From Acidobacteriota bacterium (GTDB taxonomy: Bacteria > Acidobacteriota > Blastocatellia > Pyrinomonadales > Pyrinomonadaceae), in NCBI GenBank assembly GCA_029557535.1, contig JAKQII010000069.1:2861-66860 (forward strand): DNA of 64,000 nucleotides, given 5' to 3'. The notes below the pieces were generated by a model. The model was not told where the DNA came from. It did not search any database and saw only the letters and a program-made list of their open reading frames with translations. A program made the position numbers and the translations under genes. The stretch's first letter is position 1. Each line of letters begins with the position of its first letter. Shown in pieces: positions 63,242 through 64,000 of this stretch.

Positions 63242-63928
63242 TCATTCCGCGTCGCGGCTACGATTTGTTTCGGCGACGAAAAAGCGGAAGTAGTCGTAAA
63301 GCGACCAAAGCGCAAGACCGACAGAGATCCAGAGCGCTCCGCGGCCGACAAGATACCCGAAAACCTCCCAGTCGTTAGAAGTAAGCGAAAAGGTCAGGAG
63401 GTTGGCAAACGCCGTCTGCACCTCGGCGACGCGCCAGAAAAAGATAGTCGGCAGGCTCCAGCCGAAGTTCGAAACCGGCGGATTTCCGTTGGCGCCGGCA
63501 ACGAGGAGCGCGACGATCGCCACGCACTGCGCCCACATTTTGATCTTGCCGCTCGTTTTCGCCTGAATGACGATCCCGTCGGCCGCCGCGACCGAACGCA
63601 GGCCGGTGATGATGAATTCGCGACCGAGGATCACGACGACCGCCCACGCCGGCGCGAGGTGTTTTTCGACGAGCACGATGAGCGCCGCCGAGACCAGAAG
63701 TTTGTCGGCGATCGGATCGAGCAGTTTTCCGAGATTCGAGACCTGATTCCGTCGCCGGGCGAGGGCACCATCGAGAATGTCGGTCAGCGAAGCGAGAAGG
63801 AACAGCACGATCGCGAACGCGTAACCGCTGATCCCAAACCACTTATCCGACAAAGACGTCAGCAGTACGACGACCAGGAGCGGTACGACGAGAATACGGC
63901 CCAACGTCAGATAGTTCGGTAAATTCAT
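63242..63928 (-). CDS. pgsA: CDP-diacylglycerol--glycerol-3-phosphate 3-phosphatidyltransferase (CDP-alcohol phosphatidyltransferase family)
   Basis: DILDGALARRRNQVSNLGKLLDPIADK matches DG(x2)AR(x8)G(x3)D(x3)D. There is a C-terminal extension relative to the usual ~180 aa. Confidence 0.8.
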   Translation of the reverse strand: MNLPNYLTLGRILVVPLLVVVLLTSLSDKWFGISGYAFAIVLFLLASLTDILDGALARRRNQVSNLGKLLDPIADKLLVSAALIVLVEKHLAPAWAVVVILGREFIITGLRSVAAADGIVIQAKTSGKIKMWAQCVAIVALLVAGANGNPPVSNFGWSLPTIFFWRVAEVQTAFANLLTFSLTSNDWEVFGYLVGRGALWISVGLALWSLYDYFRFFVAETNRSRDAE

Positions 63929-63935
63929 TTAGGAG

Positions 63936-63989
63936 ATTCAAAACTCAAAATTCAAAATTCAAGAATCCGGACTCACGATTCACGACTCA
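63936..63989. repeat. TTCAAAA-type and CACGAYT-type word arrays upstream of pgsA
   Basis: ATTCAAAACTCAAAATTCAAAATTCAAGAAT, then ACTCACGATTCACGACTCA. The window ends here, so any partner arm is not visible. Confidence 0.6.
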
Positions 63990-64000
63990 AGTGTAGGTAC

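Overview
The window reads as a chromosomal, mostly housekeeping stretch from a diderm (Gram-negative) bacterium, moderately GC-rich by eye. I annotated 59 protein genes and one tRNA-Leu(CAG). I recognised no rRNA, CRISPR array, cas gene, integrase, transposase or phage gene, so it does not look like a classical defence or mobile island. The gene style is reminiscent of Acidobacteriota, but that is only an impression. In order along the window: a 5'-truncated YbdK-type ligase; a four-gene minor (pseudo)pilin operon ending in a 944-aa PilX-N protein; two tandem GT-C-like membrane proteins; ychF, a Uma2 nuclease and deoC; a TPR/TonB-C protein with a degenerate Ser/Thr kinase; a flavoprotein, DinB and rsmG; tRNA-Leu; yggS-yggT-DUF167; a secreted esterase/LamG/PL10-like cluster; yebC-ruvC; psuG; lepB-rnc; a PBP-type transpeptidase; a sensor kinase and a sigma54-type regulator split by an antisense LpxH-like gene; a DUF4126 gene followed by a DUF4349/2TM/GT1/PEP-utilising cluster; efp; waaA-GT2-lipase; a Fo-only atp cluster (atpZ-I-B-E); a second degenerate kinase; lpxK; and a pgsA/large FG-GAP protein/beta-barrel/trpE-ank-trpG-trpD string. 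Five things seem most worth a second look. (1) A family of intergenic spacers is built from degenerate ~7-nt words (GGGATTT, GCGATTT, TTGAATT types) arranged as inverted pairs, plus 86-nt and 100-nt tandem duplications and an 89-nt homopurine tract inside a CDS. (2) A ~495-bp MITE-like element with ~150-nt hairpin-rich inverted arms sits between trpD and lpxK. (3) A signal-peptide ankyrin-repeat gene is translationally coupled inside trpE-trpG. (4) A tightly coupled DUF4349/2TM/GT1 cluster ends in a domain-permuted, apparently exported PEP-utilising/ATP-grasp enzyme. (5) Both Hanks-type kinases lack the catalytic Asp. All functional calls come from motif recognition by eye, without database searches.
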